Assembly (NCBI GenBank): GCA_964016885.1
Contig: OZ024742.1
Coordinates: 30,814,001 to 30,878,000 of the forward strand
From: Eledone cirrhosa
Lineage: Eukaryota
Direction of reading: 5' to 3'
Length of the DNA stretch: 64,000 nt
A program made the translations under genes and the position numbers. Below the pieces are notes generated by a model. The model worked only from the letters and a program-made list of their open reading frames with translations. It was not told the DNA's origin and made no database searches. Below are positions 37,201 to 51,193 of this stretch, piece by piece. The first letter of the stretch is position 1; every line of letters starts with the position of its first letter.

Positions 37201-39600
37201 TTTCTAACAACCCTGTCTACTGTGGTATAGTAATAGTCACTACCCTTCTAACAACCCTGTCTAGCTGTGGTATAGTAATAGTCACTACCCTTCTAACAAC
37301 CCTGTCTAGCTGTGGTATAGTAATAGTCACTACCTTTCTAACAACCCTGTCTACTGTGGTATAGTAATAGTCACTACCCTTCTAACAACCCTATCTAGCT
37401 GTGGTATAGTAATAGTCACTACCTTTCTAACAACCCTGTCTACTGTGGTATAGTAATAGTCACTACCCTTCTAACAACCCTGTCTAGCTGTGGTATAGTA
37501 ATAGTCACTACCCTTCTAACAACCCTGTCTACTGTGGTATAGTAATAGTCACTACCCTTCTAACAACCCTGTCTAGCTGTGGTATAGTAATAGTCACTAC
37601 CCTTCTAACAACCCTGTCTACTGTGGTATAGTAATAGTCACTACCCTTCTAACAACCCTGTCTACTGTGGTATAGTAATAGTCACTACCCTTCTAACAAC
37701 CCTGTCTACTGTGGTATAGTAATAGCCACTACCCTTCTAACAACCCTGTCTACTGTGGTATAGTAATAGTCACTACCCTTCTAACAACCCTATCTAGCTG
37801 TGGTATAGTAATAGTCACTACCTTTCTAACAACCCTGTCTACTGTGGTATAGTAATAGTCACTACCCTTCTAACAACCCTGTCTACTGTGGTATAGTAAT
37901 AGTCACTACCCTTCTAACAACCCTGTCTAGCTGTGGTATAGTAATAGTCACTACCCTTCTAACAACCCTGCCTAGCTGTGGTATAGTAATAGTCACTACC
38001 CTTCTAACAACCCTATCTAGCTGTGGTATAGTAATAGTCACTACCTTTCTAACAACCCTGTCTACTGTGGTATAGTAATAGTCACTACCCTTCTAACAAC
38101 CCTGTCTAGCTGTGGTATAGTAATAGTCACTACCCTTCTAACAACCCTGTCTAGCTGTGGTATAGTAATAGTCACTACCTTTCTAACAACCCTGCCTAGC
38201 TGTGGTATAGTAATAGTCACTACCCTTCTAACAACCCTGTCTAGCTGTGGTATAGTAATAGTCACTACCCTTCTAACAACCCTGTCTACTGTGGTATAGT
38301 AATAGTCACTACCCTTCTAACAACCCTGTCTAGCTGTGGTATAGTAATAGCCACTACCCTTCTAACAACCCTGTCTAGCTGTGGTATAGTAATAGCCACT
38401 ACCCTTCTAACAACCCTGTCTAGCTGTGGTATAGTAATAGCCACTACCCTTCTAACAACCCTGTCTAGCTGTGGTATAGTAATAGTCACTACCCTTCTAA
38501 CAACCCTGTCTACTGTGGTATGGTAATAGCCACTACCCTTCTACCATCCCTCTGTCTAGCTGTGGTATAGTAATAGCCACTACCCTTCTAACAACCCTGC
38601 CTAGCTGTGGTATAGTAATAGTCACTACCCTTCTACCATCCCTCTGTCTAGCTGTGGTATAGTAATAGTCACTACCTTTCTAACAACCCTGTCTACTGTG
38701 GTATAGTAATAGTCACTACCCTTCTAACAACCCTGTCTACTGTGGTATAGTAATAGTCACTACCCTTCTAACAACCCTGTCTACTGTGGTATAGTAATAG
38801 TCACTACCTTTCTAACAACCCTGTCTACTGTGGTATAGTAATAGTCACTACCCTTCTAACAACCCTGTCTACTGTGGTATAGTAATAGTCACTACCCTTC
38901 TAACAACCCTGTCTACTGTGGTATAGTAATAGTCACTACCTTTCTAACAACCCTGCCTAGCTGTGGTATAGTAATAGTCACTACCCTTCTAACAACCCTG
39001 TCTACTGTGGTATAGTAATAGTCACTACCCTTCTAACAACCCTGTCTACTGTGGTATAGTAATAGTCACTACCCTTCTAACAACCCTCTGTCTGTCTAGC
39101 TGTGGTATAGTAATAGTCACTACCCTTCTAACAACCCTGTCTACTGTGGTATAGTAATAGTCACTACCCTTCTAACAACCCTGTCTACTGTGGTATAGTA
39201 ATAGTCACTACCTTTCTAACAACCCTCTGTCTGTCTAGCTGTGGTATAGTAATAGTCACTACCCTTCTAACAACCCTGTCTACTGTGGTATAGTAATAGT
39301 CACTACCCTTCTAACAACCCTATCTAGCTGTGGTATAGTAATAGCCACTACCCTTCTAACAACCCTGTCTACTGTGGTATAGTAATAGCCACTACCCTTC
39401 TAACAACCCTGTCTACTGTGGTATAGTAATAGTCACTACCCTTCTAACAACCCTGTCTACTGTGGTATAGTAATAGCCACTACCCTTCTAACAACCCTGT
39501 CTACTGTGGTATAGTAATAGTCACTACCCTTCTAACAACCCTGTCTAGCTGTGGTATGGTAATAGTCACTACCCTTCTAACAACCCTCTGTCTAGCTGTG
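34260..39600. repeat. 5.3-kb tandem array of a 44/45-bp unit (roughly 118 copies) in intron 1
   Basis: Unit GTGGTATAGTAATAGTCACTACCCTTCTAACAACCCTGTCTA(G)CT. Very homogeneous, with more degenerate copies at the left edge. Confidence 0.98.
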
Positions 39601-39869
39601 TTGAGGCAGTAATGACTACCTCCACCAAAGTCCATGTTAAACACTATCCTATGTTTCTCTAGAACTGGAACCCTTTGAATCACAAATTTACTGTCTTTGT
39701 AGTTGCCCCCAAAGCAACACAAGTTGATAAACCTGGAATGGCCCAATCAAAACTCATTAATAAATGGAAAGAATTCAATGTTTCAGTCTTTAATAATTTG
39801 ATTTTGGAAGGGTGTTGAATAGAATGGTTAGAGAATGGAGAAATTGAACAGAGAATAACAACAAATACA

Positions 39870-39922
<53 letters not shown>

Positions 39923-40000
39923 ATATATCTGTATTATTGACAGATGTGAGAAAGTACTCAATACCATAAGTTTAAATATTCGGGCTAAATGGTGGTGAGC

Positions 40001-40040
<40 letters not shown>

Positions 40041-41804
40041 CACACATATACATAACACATGATATATATACATAAATATATGTGTATGTATATATCATCA
40101 TTTAACGGCAATTTTCCCACTCTTAAACTAATATTTTTTTCAATGTACTGTGTTAGCTTTATTTCTGTTTACTTTTTACACATATATATATGTATATATA
40201 TATAGTTAACACATATATACACTGATGCTGTCACATTTCCTAAAACTTCTTCATCTCCCTTATCTCTCAGCCCTAAATCTTTTGGCTTTAAAAACAACCT
40301 TCAACCCACATCTCTATCCTCTTCCATCCACCATATTCCTTTCACTATACCTCCCTGTTTTTCCACTTAACATTACCCCCTTCTCCCGACCTTATTTTCT
40401 TTTCTTCACAAAGAGCTACTGTATCAAGTATTGAGTTCTCCTTTTTTTATCTTCACAATGTAATTATATATATTTTGTTTATATTCTTGTTTGTTCCTGT
40501 GACTATTCTTGCATTACTACCACTGGGTGTATATGATTCTTTACACATATGTCACTATGTATAGGTGTGTGTGTATACACCCACACATACACACACACAC
40601 ATAGTGACATGTGTAAAGAATCATATACACCCAGTGGTAGTAATGCAAGAATATATATATGTGTGTATAATATATATATATATGTATGTATGTATATATA
40701 TAATTTCATATACATATATGTATATATAGTTAAGTATCTATAAGGGCCATCAACAAGCCCCCCCCCCCCCTCAACCTCTTAATCTTCCTTGTTTTCATTA
40801 CCTTTATCTTTACATATTTACATAATTATATATACGGCTGTTTACACATGGCTGGCCTGCTTCCACTTAATAACACAATTTAATTATTAGTCTAATAACC
40901 TAGTAGTGAGGTTATGGTATTCATGCCTCACCTGTAAAGTAATTTCTTTAGCTTCATTAGTTATTGTCAATTGAAAGCATAATAATGGTTTCTGATTTAG
41001 GCACAAGGCCAGCAACAATTTTGAGGGGGGGGGGGGGTTATTAAATCGACCCCAGTGTGTTACTGTTTCTTTATTTTATCGACCCTATAAGGATGAAAGG
41101 TAAAGCTAACCTTGATGGCATTTGAAATCAACATAAAGGGCTGTAACTATATGCCACAAAGCATATTGTCTGACACTCTACTGATTCTGCCAATCCACTG
41201 TCCTTAATTAAAACCATAATAATGATTTCAAACTTATATACATGCAACAAACATGGTGGAGTGGAGTATAATCAAACTGGTACTAATTTTTTTTAAATCC
41301 CCACTCGAGAACAGAAATGATGTAGCTAAACACCAAGATAAATTTTATCTGGTTCTCCGTTATTACTGGCCATGCTACAACTCTAATAATTCTGTGGTGG
41401 CTGACAGTATTTCATTTAGGTTTCTGAGATTGATAAGATAGATACCAGTACTGTGCTGAGGATATATATATAAACCCCGTAACAATGTAGATATTTTACT
41501 TTTTTTATTTATAACTTTTTAAAACCAGTTTCCTTAAACCCTTTTAGTCTATTCAGTTTTCCTCTGCCAGTATCGGTTGGACATTTCTCTTATAGGCCAC
41601 TGACCTCTTACATATCCCCTGCCCCCTGTCATCTCAGACATACATTGCTATGGCATAATACTGGGAGGTTATGCCTGTGACAACTGGAGAGTTCTGACCC
41701 TAAATTCCAGTAAAAACTTTTATATAACACTAGATCACAGATAGGCATTGTTTTTCCTTATCTAAGGGGGCTGTATTAATTTCACCTGGAATAGATCTGT
41801 TTAA

Positions 41805-42035
41805 CTAGTGGTGGTAGTGGTGAATATCTACTTGGGGTTGTTGTTGAAGGTGGTGGTGGGGTATTGGATATCTACTTAGGAGTGGTAGTTGTGGTGGTGG
41901 GGTATTTTATATTTACTTGTGGATGGTGATAGTGGGATATTGGGTATCTACTTGTTGGTGTTATTAGTGGAGGTGGTAGTGGGGTATTTGATATCTACTT
42001 CAGAATGGTGGTGGTGGTATTTAACAGCTACTTGT
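41805..42035. repeat. Degenerate ~40-bp GT-rich minisatellite
   Basis: Repeated GTGGTGGTGGGGTATTGGATATCTACTT. Confidence 0.75.
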
Positions 42036-44183
42036 AGGAGTTAAGAATCTTTGATTTGCATCTAAATTATTTGTACTGGTGGTGGTGGAGTTGGCTGAAG
42101 TGACTAAGATGGAGAACATGTCACAGCATGTCATGTCCCAGATGAGGGACTTGCCTCCTTTGAAAGGGAAGTGGGTAATTCCATCAGAGCGCTTGTCGTC
42201 ACCATGGTCGAAGCATACTGGTTCTGTTTATGATGGGAAGCCTATTGCACCACGGCTCATTCTCATTATGCCATTGAGAGCAGCATGTTGGGGGAACTGG
42301 CTTGCACTTCAGCAGCATGATAATGGGTGCAAGTCAAACTCATTGACAACAACTCCACTGCAACATTTATGTGGCTCACAGAGGCTGAAGCATTGGGCCA
42401 CTCCGATGTGAGTTTATTCATCATCAAGAAGGGTACCAGTTGATGCGGAGGGCACCAAATTGAGCCGTGTGCCAGTTAGACAGTAAGGTGGAGTGGAGGC
42501 AGGTTAAGCCTTCATCTGGAGATTGAACCACAAAGCTATGAAGTGGTAATGATACAACCTCTACTTAATCTGAAGAGTAAGTATATAGAACCTGCCCATA
42601 GCCTTTCTCAAGTTAGATGTAGTTTATACAGTTAATGTTTGGGTCAGCTAGAAAAGGCTGAGTTGGTTTAGTTAGGGGCAACCCTGTTCAGAAAAGACCC
42701 AATATAGTTTTGGCTGGAAATAGTGTAAAAATGACTAAACATTTAGATAAGATATCTTGCTGTTTAACCCATTTGAACAGCAAGAGGTGAGAAAATTCTG
42801 GTCGGATATGGCTAAAGAGTTAATTTGATATTTTAACCCTTTAGTTACCAATCCATCCACCTCTGTCCTAACTCCCCCAGACTTGTCTTAATTGCCCCTC
42901 TCCTACTCCTGTCTTCACTGCCCCTCCCTCACCTCTGTCCTAACTCCCCTCCTCCCATCCTAGTCTTGTACTAACAACATAGTTTACTAACACCTGTCTT
43001 CATTATTAACTGTTATTGTCACATTCCACTAAGCTGCTAACAACTTTTGTCTTCATGTTAACAGAACAAATGGTTGCTGAGTACAAAACATAGATAGAGC
43101 TTAGTAGTTCTGGCACCACATCAACTCATTTCCTCACCTCCTGTACATGTCTACCAGGTGCTAGGAATTACTATCATTCTATGTATGGTCCACCATAGGA
43201 TTTTACAACTAGCTTGTCTGTAAATAAACATGAGAAGTGTAGTTTAGAGTGGCCCTCCACTGAGCTGGCCTCTATGAGAAGTACAGTATAGAGTAACCCT
43301 ATACTGTGTGACACTCCTGATCTGGCCTCACCTTTAGAATATTTAGTCTTTAATGGTAAGTGTATAAAGCACCACAGTGAGCTGCAGTGAAGGCCATCTT
43401 TTGATAAAACCATGTTATGTTAACCATTTCTTTTCTAATAACATTTAGTTGTCAAATTTATAATTCCTATAATAAAATGTTTTGGTAATAAACTAGAAAT
43501 AATTCACCATATTTGAAATAATATCAACATGACATGAAAAAAAATATCCTCTGGTCCTCGGATACAAAACTTTTAAACTGTTTATATTTATCTAAACATC
43601 TTCCATCATAATTTTATGTAAGAACTTTTGCTAAGTTATGTTCCAAACATCTGCTTAATAATGGTTTCTGATTTAGGCACAATTTTGGAGGAGGGAAAAG
43701 TTGATTAAATTGACCTCCAGTGCATTACTGGTACTTTATTTTATCAACCCTGTAAGGATGAAAAGAAGCTAACCTAGGCGGGATTTGAACTCTGGGTTGC
43801 TTTTTTCTGATGCCCTTCATATCACCAACCATTTTACAGAGGAGACTGGGTGTATTTTATTGTGCCACCAGCACTAGAGAGGTTGTCAGGATTTAAGAGT
43901 CTTCTCTTCTTTGTATTTTTCTGGCTGGATGTCCTTGTCACCTACAGAGTTGACTGGGTGTATTTTATTGTGCCACCAACACTAGAAGAGTTGTCGGGAT
44001 TTAAGAGACCTCGCTACTCTTTGAGACAAGTTACATTCACTTCAGCTTACTAATGGGGTGAAGAGGACAAAATCCTTGCTGCTTCATATATATTTCATCT
44101 ATTTGTAACTAGATCAGTGTTTCCCCAAGTGGGTTCTTCAAGAATTCTGGAGTTCTGCAAAACAAAGACAGCTTATTACAAGT

Positions 44184-44221
<38 letters not shown>

Positions 44222-45039
44222 GATGTATATATTATATACATGCATACATATAGACAGATATATACACTGGCAGACACATGCATAGAATCTTAACCAATAA
44301 TCGAGTTCTGAGCATGTTTGTGTGTGTATGTATAATATATATATCAGTGTGCATGTGTGGGTCTGTATATGTATGTGTGGGTGTTAGAAGGTCCAATCTG
44401 TGCACTTTGAACCACCTAACCAACAACACCACCACCAACAAGAACAACAACTCTTCTACCCAGTCACTTGTTATCACGTGATCTCAATAAAGTAACCTTG
44501 TTGATACATTTTATATTTAGCACAAATTACATACTTTTACATAAACACCATTACTACCAATAGTAATTATATGAACACTAACGAGTTAAACTTCAGACAC
44601 TAATCACACAACACCATTAATATGCTATAATGCTAGAGTATTTGGGTGCTTTACATACTAGAAATAGTAGTCAAATCTCCCTTAAATCCACACCCTACGA
44701 TCTTACAAAAAGAAGAGCACATTAAATAATGTCTTAAATATACTATCAGTGCTGGATGTACTTGTACGAAATATATATACAGGGGGCACCCTGTATATAT
44801 ATTATTTATTTTTTGTAAAAATATATTTTTTTAGAGAAAGGCCTCAAATTTCATAAAGTTTAGGGCCTCAGCAGGTGAAAGTCCTGCCGTGTATACTATG
44901 TATACAGACAAGCTGGTCATAGTGGGAGCATCTTTAATCAAAGGTTCGTTAATTGATTGATGACTTAGGGTTACACAACAAACAACTTTAGACTAGGTTC
45001 ACTGTTAATACTATTCTCTGTTCAGTTACTTTGTTAATG

Positions 45040-45415
45040 AGTGAAAGGATACAAGCGGCCGAAGTGGGATTCCTCTGAAGGTCTTTGGAGTAACGTTACT
45101 CGATAAAGTACATAGCCTGGCGATCAGAGAGCTGCTACTTCTCCGAATTGAGGATCACAGCTTTGATACTATGCACATGTGGTTAGAATGTCTCAAGAAA
45201 GAATTACTGGACAGATTTTATATGCAAAATCAACAGGTAGGAGCCCCAGAGGTATACTATGAGCAAGATGGTTGGATAACATCCATGAGCTTGGTTGGTC
45301 TCGCTTGGGGATCCAGTCAGACCAGTTGGAGACTGTTACTTCTGACAGGATCCACTGGAGGGAGTGTTTTAGGACTGCCCCCACAACCATCTCAGGAATA
45401 AGTGGGTGAAGAAGT
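45040..45415 (+). mobile_element. 3' fragment of a second RTE-clade (Expander/Rex3-like) LINE family
   Basis: Degenerate RIQAAEVGFL...GVTLLDKV...YYAHVVRMSQER...RWLDNI with tail CAGGAATAAGTGGGTGAAGAAG. Related copies at ~21850-22000, 59600-59960 and 60685-60960. Confidence 0.78.
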
Positions 45416-46502
45416 AACAAACTCCAGAACCATTTAGTTACCTAGCAACAAACACCAATTTTAGAATCTCTTTATTTATCTGTGGTTTTCTCAATGCATC
45501 TCCAAGACTAGAGAAATGTGTATAGTAGTGACATAGCTTTAACCCTTTCATGCATTGGAATTGATTAATGGGGAATTTGGAGGGATTTATTAAAATTATT
45601 TCACTATTAAAGTAGTATTTATAACATATAAAATTATGTTGGAAAATTTTAACTGGCATAGAAACTTTTAAAATGGGTGTTTTTGTTTGATAGGACTAGA
45701 GGTGATTTTGGTCAGATTGGTGTCAAAATGAGTAAGAACCGAGCTGGTGTAATATTGGACTACCATTCTGATGTGCGTGTATATATGTATAGATATATAT
45801 GTGTAAATATCATCATCATCACTGTTTAACAACCATTTTTCCATGCCAGCATGGGTTAGATGAGTTGTCCTGTTGTGAGACAAGTCAGATCAGATGTGTG
45901 TGTAATTGTCTTTGAGGGCTATTCTAAGATCCAGTGAAGAATACAGGGTTATGTCTTTCATTGTTTAGAACTTAGAAATAAACTAATTTCAGTAACGGCA
46001 CACTTAGATTACGTTGTCTGGAATACGCTCCCCCATGCCATCTGGAATAAATCTCTGATTTACAATATCTCCTATTGAATTTCCCTCAAGTCTCACACAA
46101 TGCTTTTAAAAACTGTTGGCTAGGTGCTGGAGCCATCATGAAGAGACTACCATTTACAAGAAATAGTTCTACATGTGTCCTGTCTCTTTCTTTATTAGAC
46201 ATTTGTTGATAATTGTTATCAAGTGGTGGTAGAGAAGTTTAAAATACTGGAACCCTGTGATAGAAATAGCTGTCTTTTGGAGACCAGGGGGGAGATCTTA
46301 GTTGAAATCCAAGTTAGGGAAATATGATAGATGAGGGTAAACTGAAATTGATGCTTTATGAACAAATTGTCTTTACAGTTTATTCTTTCAACCTTCACTG
46401 ACCAACTAACTCATGTTATCAAGCAGAGTGAGTTTATATATATATATATATATAATCGATCAACAGTGTCCCAGCCCTTACTGAGTGAGGTGGAACTCAT
46501 CA

Positions 46503-46732
46503 ATAAATCTGATGTTTAAATTATAACTTAAAGATTCTTACAGAAAATTATGGTGGAAGGTTTTTAGATAAATATTTATATCACTTTAAAATGAGCAGCA
46601 GTTTGGCATCAAGAGTTAATAACCAACACAGTAAACTTTACTTTAGTAAAGTAATATAAATATTTATCTAAAAACCTTCCACCATAATTTTCTGTAAGAA
46701 TCTTTAAGTTATAATTTAAACTTCAGATTTAT
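46503..46732. repeat. Inverted repeat, 86-bp arms (2 mismatches), 58-bp spacer
   Basis: 46503-46588 pairs with 46647-46732. The arm contains AATTATGGTGGAAGGTTTTTAGATAAA, also seen at ~31607, ~49540 and ~62777. Confidence 0.9.
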
Positions 46733-47489
46733 ACGGGTTCTTGATTTAAGCACAAGGACAACAATTTGGGAGTGAGGGGAAAATAGATGAAATTGATCCC
46801 CAGTGCATTACTGGTACTTTATTTTATTGATCCCGTAAAGATGACCAGCGAAGCAAATCTCTGCAGGATTTGAATTCAGAATGTAAATGTTATGTCACAA
46901 AACACTGTCAACACTGCCAATCCACCATCTTAAATATCAGATTAATTAATGTGAAAATTAGAGACATGACAATGAAAGATAAAAATCTAACATCAATATT
47001 GAAATAAACCTTTCTTTACTCCAGCCTGAAGTTCAACAACACCAGTCATCATTGATGGTTTAAATATTTATCTAGCTTGTCTAGTATGGCTTGTAGTGGT
47101 AAGTTGACATGGATTAATGGGGGTCAGAAGTATTAGAAATTGACATTTCTCTTAACTCTTTCATTACCTATATTTAATAAAAGACACTACTGCCTATGTC
47201 ATTAATCCTTTCATTACCATATATCTAATAAAAGACACTGCCTATGTCATTAATCCTTTCATTATCATCATATTTCTAATGAAAGACACTGCCTTTGATT
47301 TGAAAATAATCAAGAATTTGGAGGGGTTTAATTTTCTAATTGTTAAGCTGGTATTTAGACAATATCTTAAAGGTTTCTGCCAGGAGTTGAGTATCAGCAA
47401 TGGAATCATTGTTTCCTTGGTCTGATTTGATAAGTCCCACCCCACTGAGTAAGCGAATAGGGTCTGGGATCTTGTTGACCACTTAAAAT

Positions 47490-47712
47490 TTAACCCTTTA
47501 GCACTTACATTACTCTATATTCTCTATTGTATTTTAGCAGTAAAGGCTTTATCTTAAATATTATCTCATGATATCGAATCTATGAGATTTTGATATTTAT
47601 TTTGTGAACAATACCTTAACATCAGTATGCGTGGCTAGTTAGGTCCGATTTGAACAGAAAGAAGTGAGAACATTTTGGCCAGATATGGCCGGTTTAAATG
47701 CTAAAGGGTTAA
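47490..47712. mobile_element. piggyBac-type MITE (~215 bp) with TTAA target-site duplication
   Basis: TTAA|CCCTTTAGCACTTA ... TAAATGCTAAAGGG|TTAA. Family copies at 47872-48042 (inverted, internally deleted), 48768-48965, ~53290-53488 (inverted) and 60028-60211. Confidence 0.8.
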
Positions 47713-48110
47713 AAAGGTTCTTACATAAAATTATGTTTAAATAAACAGTTTTGTATTGTAATGTAAGAGGGACAATTTCATGGTTTTTTTTTTTTATCAA
47801 AATGGTTAATTCTAGAATTAACCATATTATTTCATCTATTTGTATCATATATTTAACTGGGAGCTTTTATTTTAACTCTTTAGCATTTAAACAGGCCACA
47901 ATTCTCCTTTCTGTTCATACTGACACTAAAGTATTGTTCTCAAAATAAATATCAAAATTTCATAGATTCCATATTATGTGAGATAAAGCTTTTACCATGA
48001 ACATATAATAATAGAGTAATGTAAATGCTATAAAGGGTTGAACCATTTTTATTTGAGATGTCAAACATCAACAACAACAAATATTTTATTTTTTTGTTTT
48101 TTACTTTCAG

Positions 48111-48215
48111 GAAGAAAATGTGGACGATGTGAATGATAACGTTGTTACTATGGAAAATAAAATGAAGACAGACAACGAACCAGTTGAAAAGAAAATGAGG
48201 GTGGCGAATGACCAG
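48111..48215 (+). CDS. Exon 2: EENVDDVNDNVVTMENKMKTDNEPVEKKMRVANDQ
   Basis: Long T tract plus TTTCAG| acceptor, 105 nt open, donor CAG|GTAGG, phase 0/0. Confidence 0.85.
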
Positions 48216-51108
48216 GTAGGGGCTTTATTCTAATTTATGTTTATTGGATTGATGGTGGTGTGGTCAGTGTGTCTAATGGATTGATGGTGGTGGGGAGTGG
48301 CCATCTGGTTAGATATAGTGGTGATGATTGTAGTTTGGTCATCTGGCCTGATATTGAGGTGATCATTTAGTTAAATATAGTGGCTTTGGTGTGGTCAGCG
48401 AGTTTGATATAGTATTCATCTTCTTCATTGTTTTAACGTCCACTTTCTCTGTTAGCAAGGGTTGGATGGGTCTACATAGGCCAAGTCACCATTGAGGGGG
48501 TGACTACTGATCTCTCAGACAAGCCAGGTATCTGATGTCTATCTTCTGTATAAGTGGTAGTGATTGTAAAAACTATATGAGTGAACTGTATATACTATTC
48601 AATACTTAGTTATATATTATCATTATTGTTGTAGTTTTTATGTCCACTTTTCCATGCCTGGGTTACACTGGGATGTTTTACAGCCAGATGCTCTTCCTGA
48701 CACCAAACCTTACACATTTCAAATTTTCTCAATGCTTCTTAAGACAACCAGTTGTTTATAGATATACTTAACCCATTAGCATTTACATTATTCTATATTT
48801 ACTATTATATTTTCACAATAAAGGCTTTACCTCACATAATGACGAATCTACGAGATTTTGATATTGTTTATTTTGAGAACAAAACCTTGACATAAGTATG
48901 AACAGCCAGTTATGGCCAGTTTGAACTGAAAGAAGTGAAAGAATTCTGGTCATTGCTAGGGTTAAATATATACACACTAAGTCCAGGATATATACTGTAT
49001 TGAGTTCAAATCTTGCAGGAGTCAACCTTTTATCCTTTAGAGGTTGATTAAAAAAGCAACAAAAGTACCAGTTAAATACTTGGGCCTGTGTAGCTTTGTA
49101 CATGAAAGTAACTATTAAGATAATTGATATATAAACTAAATCCAACAGTTGCTGTATTTAGTTAATATATCTTTCTGTTGTGAGTTCAAATCCTGGTATA
49201 TGTTGTTACCCTTTTTGTGTGGTGGCTTGTGGTCAACTGGTAAGTGTATTTGACTTAAATCATATCGTGGTTCAATTCCTTGACTGGGTTGTGTGTTGTG
49301 TTCTTGAGCAAAACACTTCATTTCACATTGCTCCAGTATACTCAGCTGAAAATTCAATTCTCTAACCACTAAGCAATATGCCTCTTCTAATTAATAACAA
49401 TTATTTTTAAAAAAACACAAGACCACAAACTGAACCCTTTCGTTAGGATATTTCTAATAAAAGACAATAATTTGGACGGATTTAGTAAAATACCTCTCAT
49501 TATGATGGTGTTTGGAACATAAAGGTTCTTAAATAAAATTATGATAGAAAGTTTTTAGATAAATATAAACCATGATAAAATGCACCCAGTCAACACTGTA
49601 AATGTGGTTGGTGTTAGGAAGGGCATCCAACTATAGAAACCAAGCCAGAAAGTTCTGTATGAGCAACACCTGATCTGAACTGTCTCCCAACTGGTCTAAC
49701 CCATGCTAATGCAGAAAATGGAAGTCAATGGTGATCATGATGATAACAGTTTAAAACAAACAGCCTAGTATCATAGGACTAGGGGGTGATTTCAGGTGGT
49801 TTGGTATCAAAAAAGGTTGAGGGGAATGGGGATATTTACCTCTGTATATGACTGGTACTAATTTCATTAACCCTACATAACACATTACCCATAAGAGTAT
49901 TGGACCTAACATTTTTTGCAAGTTCAATTCTCGGACTGGACGGTCTTCGAGCAAGACATTTTATTTGACATTGCTCTTACTGCCAGGAGTTACGATAGAT
50001 AGTATCAGCAATGGAAAGTCTAATGGAATCATTGTTTCCTTGGTCCAATTTGATGAGTTCCACTCCCACCCTGTAAGTGAATGAGGTTTGGGATCTTGTT
50101 GATTAACTTCCCTCTTCTATTAGAGTAATGTATTATGTGGAGCTAATGGAATTAGTACCAGTTATATGCTGAGGTAGTTAACATCCTCATTTTGTTTAAA
50201 TGTATTGATGTAATTATTAAAATCATCAGAGTATTACATTTAATTAAAGTACTTCATGCTCTGTGTTGAAATGCCTTTGTTCTTCATCCTCCTGGGGGCC
50301 ATAATCTAAGTGTTACCTTTTTGTTTTAAGCAAGTGCTGGGATCAATTTAATTGATTAGCCCCTGTGCATATGTTTCAAACAAGTATTATTAATTTCCTG
50401 GGCGGTGGAGTGCTTACAGCATATAGTTTTGTCCTTTTACGTTCTGAGTTCAAATTCCACTGCGGTTAGCTTTGCCTTTCTTCCTTATGGGGTTGATAAA
50501 ATAAAGTAACCACTGTTGGCCTTATCAAGCCATTATTTAATGTCTTAGTATTAGGGTTCTGAGGTTTGGGGAAAATTGTAAAGTATTCTGTCGCTAAACA
50601 ATTTCTGGGAACCACTTCACTAGAATTTGGTTATCGGTTAAGATTCTATGCATGTGTGCCTATGTATACTCTCGGGTTTCAAAAAATGCCCCCCACCCAC
50701 ACACCCATTCCAAACCACCCATCCCCACTTATTAAATTCTGCTAATCTGTTTCTGGCGAAATTTGATTTTAAATGGTAACATTCCTGTGACAATTTTATT
50801 TGTTCATTAAAAATCATACATGACAAAGAAAGTACATTACAAAGATATCTCATACGTTATAAAATAAATGGGATGGGTTGGGGGTCCCAATATGTAAACT
50901 AAACAACTAATTCTTGCTTTTAAAAATACCAAAGGAAACAACCTAGAAAAATTACCGATACCCCCCCCCCCCCCTCCCCCCATTATTTTGGGGCTGGGAG
51001 TGTCTGTATATATGTGTCTAATATATACGTGTGTGTGTGTGTATAATATATAATCAGAAACTATTAGTTTTCTTCCTCAATTTAAACTAAAATTTTGTTT
51101 ATTTCCAG

Positions 51109-51193
51109 GAGAATGAAGCTGACAAGTCAAAAGAAAGTAAACATAGACGTAGTTCCACCAGTTTCAGACGCCTTGGTATTAGTGAAGATGAAG
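51109..51193 (+). CDS. Exon 3: ENEADKSKESKHRRSSTSFRRLGISEDE
   Basis: Acceptor TTTGTTTATTTCCAG|, 85 nt, donor AAG|GTTAGT, phase 0/1. Confidence 0.87.

Noticed and set aside
34260-39600. Regular array as a CRISPR locus or a repeat protein (TITIPQLDRVVRRVV ORFs)
   Set aside because: There are no unique spacers and no cas genes in this eukaryotic context. The 44-bp variants shift the frame and introduce stops.
42079-42411. 110-aa ORF in intron 1
   Set aside because: No recognisable motifs or compatible splice sites; likely repeat-derived.
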